From positions 288,001-352,000 of the forward strand of contig JBGAHS010000001.1 of NCBI GenBank assembly GCA_044226015.1: 64,000 nucleotides of DNA, written 5' to 3'. Every line of letters begins with the position of its first letter. Position 1 is the stretch's first letter. The stretch comes from Candidatus Obscuribacteraceae bacterium. GTDB lineage: Bacteria > Cyanobacteriota > Vampirovibrionia > Obscuribacterales > Obscuribacteraceae. The position numbers and the translations under genes are program-made. The notes beneath the pieces are model-generated. The model had not been told where the DNA came from, ran no database searches, and was given only the letters and a program-made list of their open reading frames with translations. Positions 61,874-64,000 of the stretch are shown here, one piece after another.

Positions 61874-64000
61874 CTACGCTCTGTTGCTTTTGGCGGAGTT
61901 CTGCGCTTGGAGCAAAATGGAAATTTTATTGCCAGTTTCATTTGAGAAAATGACGAACTTTCCATCGTGACTTTCGATTATGCGAAATGCCAGAGTCAAT
62001 AGCAGCCAGGCATTTGCTTCGGCTGCTGGGGCGCTGCTAATAGCTGTGGCGCTGTCTCGGTCAAGCAGGCTTGCTCTTTGCTCTGCGCTCAGTGGAGCTG
62101 CATCGTCTCGCAGGGTTACTGAAATTCCTTCGGGCAGCTTTTGTATTGTTAGCTTTTGTCTTCGTGCCTTGCGAGCAGCGCTGAAAGCTATAATTCCACT
62201 TACAGCTCGAGTAAGTCTTTCTGGGTCTGCCTCAACCGAATTAGATGCTGCGTTTTCAATGTTTTCTATTTGAATTTGGCGACCCGATTGCTCAACTGCT
62301 TTCTTCAGCATATCTTTCAGCACGACGGTCTCTTTTGAGAGCTGCATCTTGCCTGCTTCAATTTTGTCAATATCCAGGAGGTCATTGATCAAGTCGATCA
62401 GTCTTCCGCAGTTTTGGCTGGCGTCTTGCAAGAATGGCTTGTCTTCCTCTGGAACGGGACCCACTGCTCCAACAGAAATGAGGTCGATTGCGCCCAAAAT
62501 CGATGTTAGCGGTGTTCTCAAATCATGACTGACCATGGCCAGGAATTCTTTCTTCATACCTTCTAGTTGTTTGCGCGCTGTTATATCGTGAGCTACGCAA
62601 AACAAGAAGGGCTCGCCTTCTTTTTTCGCAATGCTCCATAAAGTGTTGACTTCTTTTCCGTTTGCGTGGCGCACTCTGCTTTCGAAATTGGCATGGGGAG
62701 TCTGATTCTCTTCCGAAAAAGCTTTTCGTGTAGTTTCAATGTCTTCGGCGTTGGTAAGCGAAAAAAGGTCTTTCTCTTTGAGGTCATCTTTGCTATAGCC
62801 CCAGATTTTTTCGCAAGCCGGGTTGAAACTAAGCCACTTGCCACTCGGCTCCATAACACAGATTGCGTCTTGAGAGTTATCAAAAATAGAGCGTTCTTTT
62901 CTTCTGGCTTCTGCAAGAATGTTTGCGCTCTGGTGAAAGGATTGATCAAGCTTCGCGATTTCATCTGAACCTTCTAGAACAGCGTTAAGTTCTTTATCGT
63001 TGGCTAGTCTGTTTGCATTATCAACTAAAACCATTAATCGAGAATTGATATCTTTACTGAAAAATACTACGAGCAAAAGCGAAGCTAGTATATTTGTGGC
63101 GAACCCTGTGAGCAAGACTCCTTCTTGCAAACGTCGCAGTTCAAGCTGTTTCGCGGGGCTTGATGATTCGCGGTGCTCGACCTGTACTGCCATTTTTTCC
63201 AGGCTGTGAAAAAATGTGATGGATGCTGCGATGCCACCACTTCTTTTCATTGTCCCAAGTGTTCGCGTCATCTCGGGGCTGGCACCCGGTGGCATAGGTG
63301 TGCCACCTTCCTCCGAATCATCACTTTGGCTTGGGGCTTCAACTGCTTCGACCTCGTCAACTCTTCGGCGGTGACGGCGACGGTGACGCTTGTTTCTATC
63401 TTGTGGCAGGCTGAAGAAGTTCTCTTTCTCGGCTAACTTTTTATCAACAATTTGCTCACATTTTGTTAGCACAGGGTCGTCTCTTACCAGCTCTTTTAGC
63501 TCGGTTTCAGCAACTCTTGCTCGTATCAAGTCTTCCTTGGCTATAAGAAGGTTTTGCTGTTTGCCGGAACCGTAAAGGCGTGAGAGTCGAACCTGCGCAT
63601 CGGAGGTATTGGATAAAATGATGAATGCTTTGATTGAAATCATGCGATTGTGCGCTTGTTGTAATCTCTCGTTTTCAACTTGCCAGAATAAATACGCCAG
63701 GCTTCCGGCAAGCACGATTTCACACAAAATTGGCACGCTGACAAGCAGCATGCCCTTTCCTGTTAATCCAATCTTGCTGAAGGGTGACTGCTTAACTGTT
63801 CCTTTTGCAGAATTTAGTTTGGCCGATTCGCGCAGAGACGGCTTTAAAGATGCTGCTGTTATAGATTTGGATTTTGGGCGAGCGACAAGTTTATTTGTTT
63901 GGTTATCGTAAAGGGGAATGGTGAACCAAAAGGTAGAACCTTTACCGTCACTTTCGACATCTATAGTGCCACCATGTTTTTCAATAATTGTTTTGCAAAT
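61874..64000 (-). CDS. 3' part of a tandem sensor histidine kinase: end of one HATPase fused to TM-sensor-TM-HAMP-PAS-HisKA-degenerate HATPase
   Basis: The frame is open from 64000 through the track start at 63751 and reads ICKTIIEKHGGTIDVESDGKGSTFWFTIP, a linker, then GKGMLLVSVP. The second module has SHDLRTPL. Confidence 0.85.
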   Translation of the reverse strand: MCKTIIEKHGGTIDVESDGKGSTFWFTIPLYDNQTNKLVARPKSKSITAASLKPSLRESAKLNSAKGTVKQSPFSKIGLTGKGMLLVSVPILCEIVLAGSLAYLFWQVENERLQQAHNRMISIKAFIILSNTSDAQVRLSRLYGSGKQQNLLIAKEDLIRARVAETELKELVRDDPVLTKCEQIVDKKLAEKENFFSLPQDRNKRHRRRHRRRVDEVEAVEAPSQSDDSEEGGTPMPPGASPEMTRTLGTMKRSGGIAASITFFHSLEKMAVQVEHRESSSPAKQLELRRLQEGVLLTGFATNILASLLLVVFFSKDINSRLMVLVDNANRLANDKELNAVLEGSDEIAKLDQSFHQSANILAEARRKERSIFDNSQDAICVMEPSGKWLSFNPACEKIWGYSKDDLKEKDLFSLTNAEDIETTRKAFSEENQTPHANFESRVRHANGKEVNTLWSIAKKEGEPFLFCVAHDITARKQLEGMKKEFLAMVSHDLRTPLTSILGAIDLISVGAVGPVPEEDKPFLQDASQNCGRLIDLINDLLDIDKIEAGKMQLSKETVVLKDMLKKAVEQSGRQIQIENIENAASNSVEADPERLTRAVSGIIAFSAARKARRQKLTIQKLPEGISVTLRDDAAPLSAEQRASLLDRDSATAISSAPAAEANAWLLLTLAFRIIESHDGKFVIFSNETGNKISILLQAQNSAKSNRA

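Noticed and set aside
61874..63751. Stand-alone 625-aa kinase starting at 63751
   Set aside because: The frame stays open to the window end and encodes a HATPase C-terminus upstream.

Overview
Bacterial chromosomal window. The tRNA-Ile, ITS and 23S signatures look Cyanobacteriota-like, and no photosynthesis genes are present, so a non-photosynthetic lineage (Vampirovibrionia/Obscuribacterales) is my inference. In order it contains: a truncated yceI and a redoxin; a tRNA-Ile/tRNA-Ala/23S/5S rRNA unit with no 16S gene upstream; a 5-copy ~74-bp palindromic tandem array; an operon of three large coiled-coil proteins; many phosphorelay genes; a MerR-vWA pair; a complete Wsp/ACF-like chemosensory cluster; a Mo/Se/toxin-antitoxin neighbourhood; three adjacent proteases; and housekeeping or exported-protein genes. 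Main highlights: (1) three tandem proteases (two protealysin-type M4, one sedolisin S53) share one ~190-aa Gly/Ala-rich N-terminal module with no signal peptide, like a polymorphic effector family, and have no emfourin inhibitor gene; (2) an ArsC-family gene has an in-frame UGA in a UxxC motif followed by a SECIS-like hairpin, so it is a probable selenoprotein missed by the ORF track; (3) the coiled-coil trio looks like a scaffold or cytoskeletal system; (4) a tandem histidine-kinase fusion has a second module with a dead ATPase; (5) the rRNA operon is unlinked from 16S. Annotations come from reading motifs by eye; no database searches were run.
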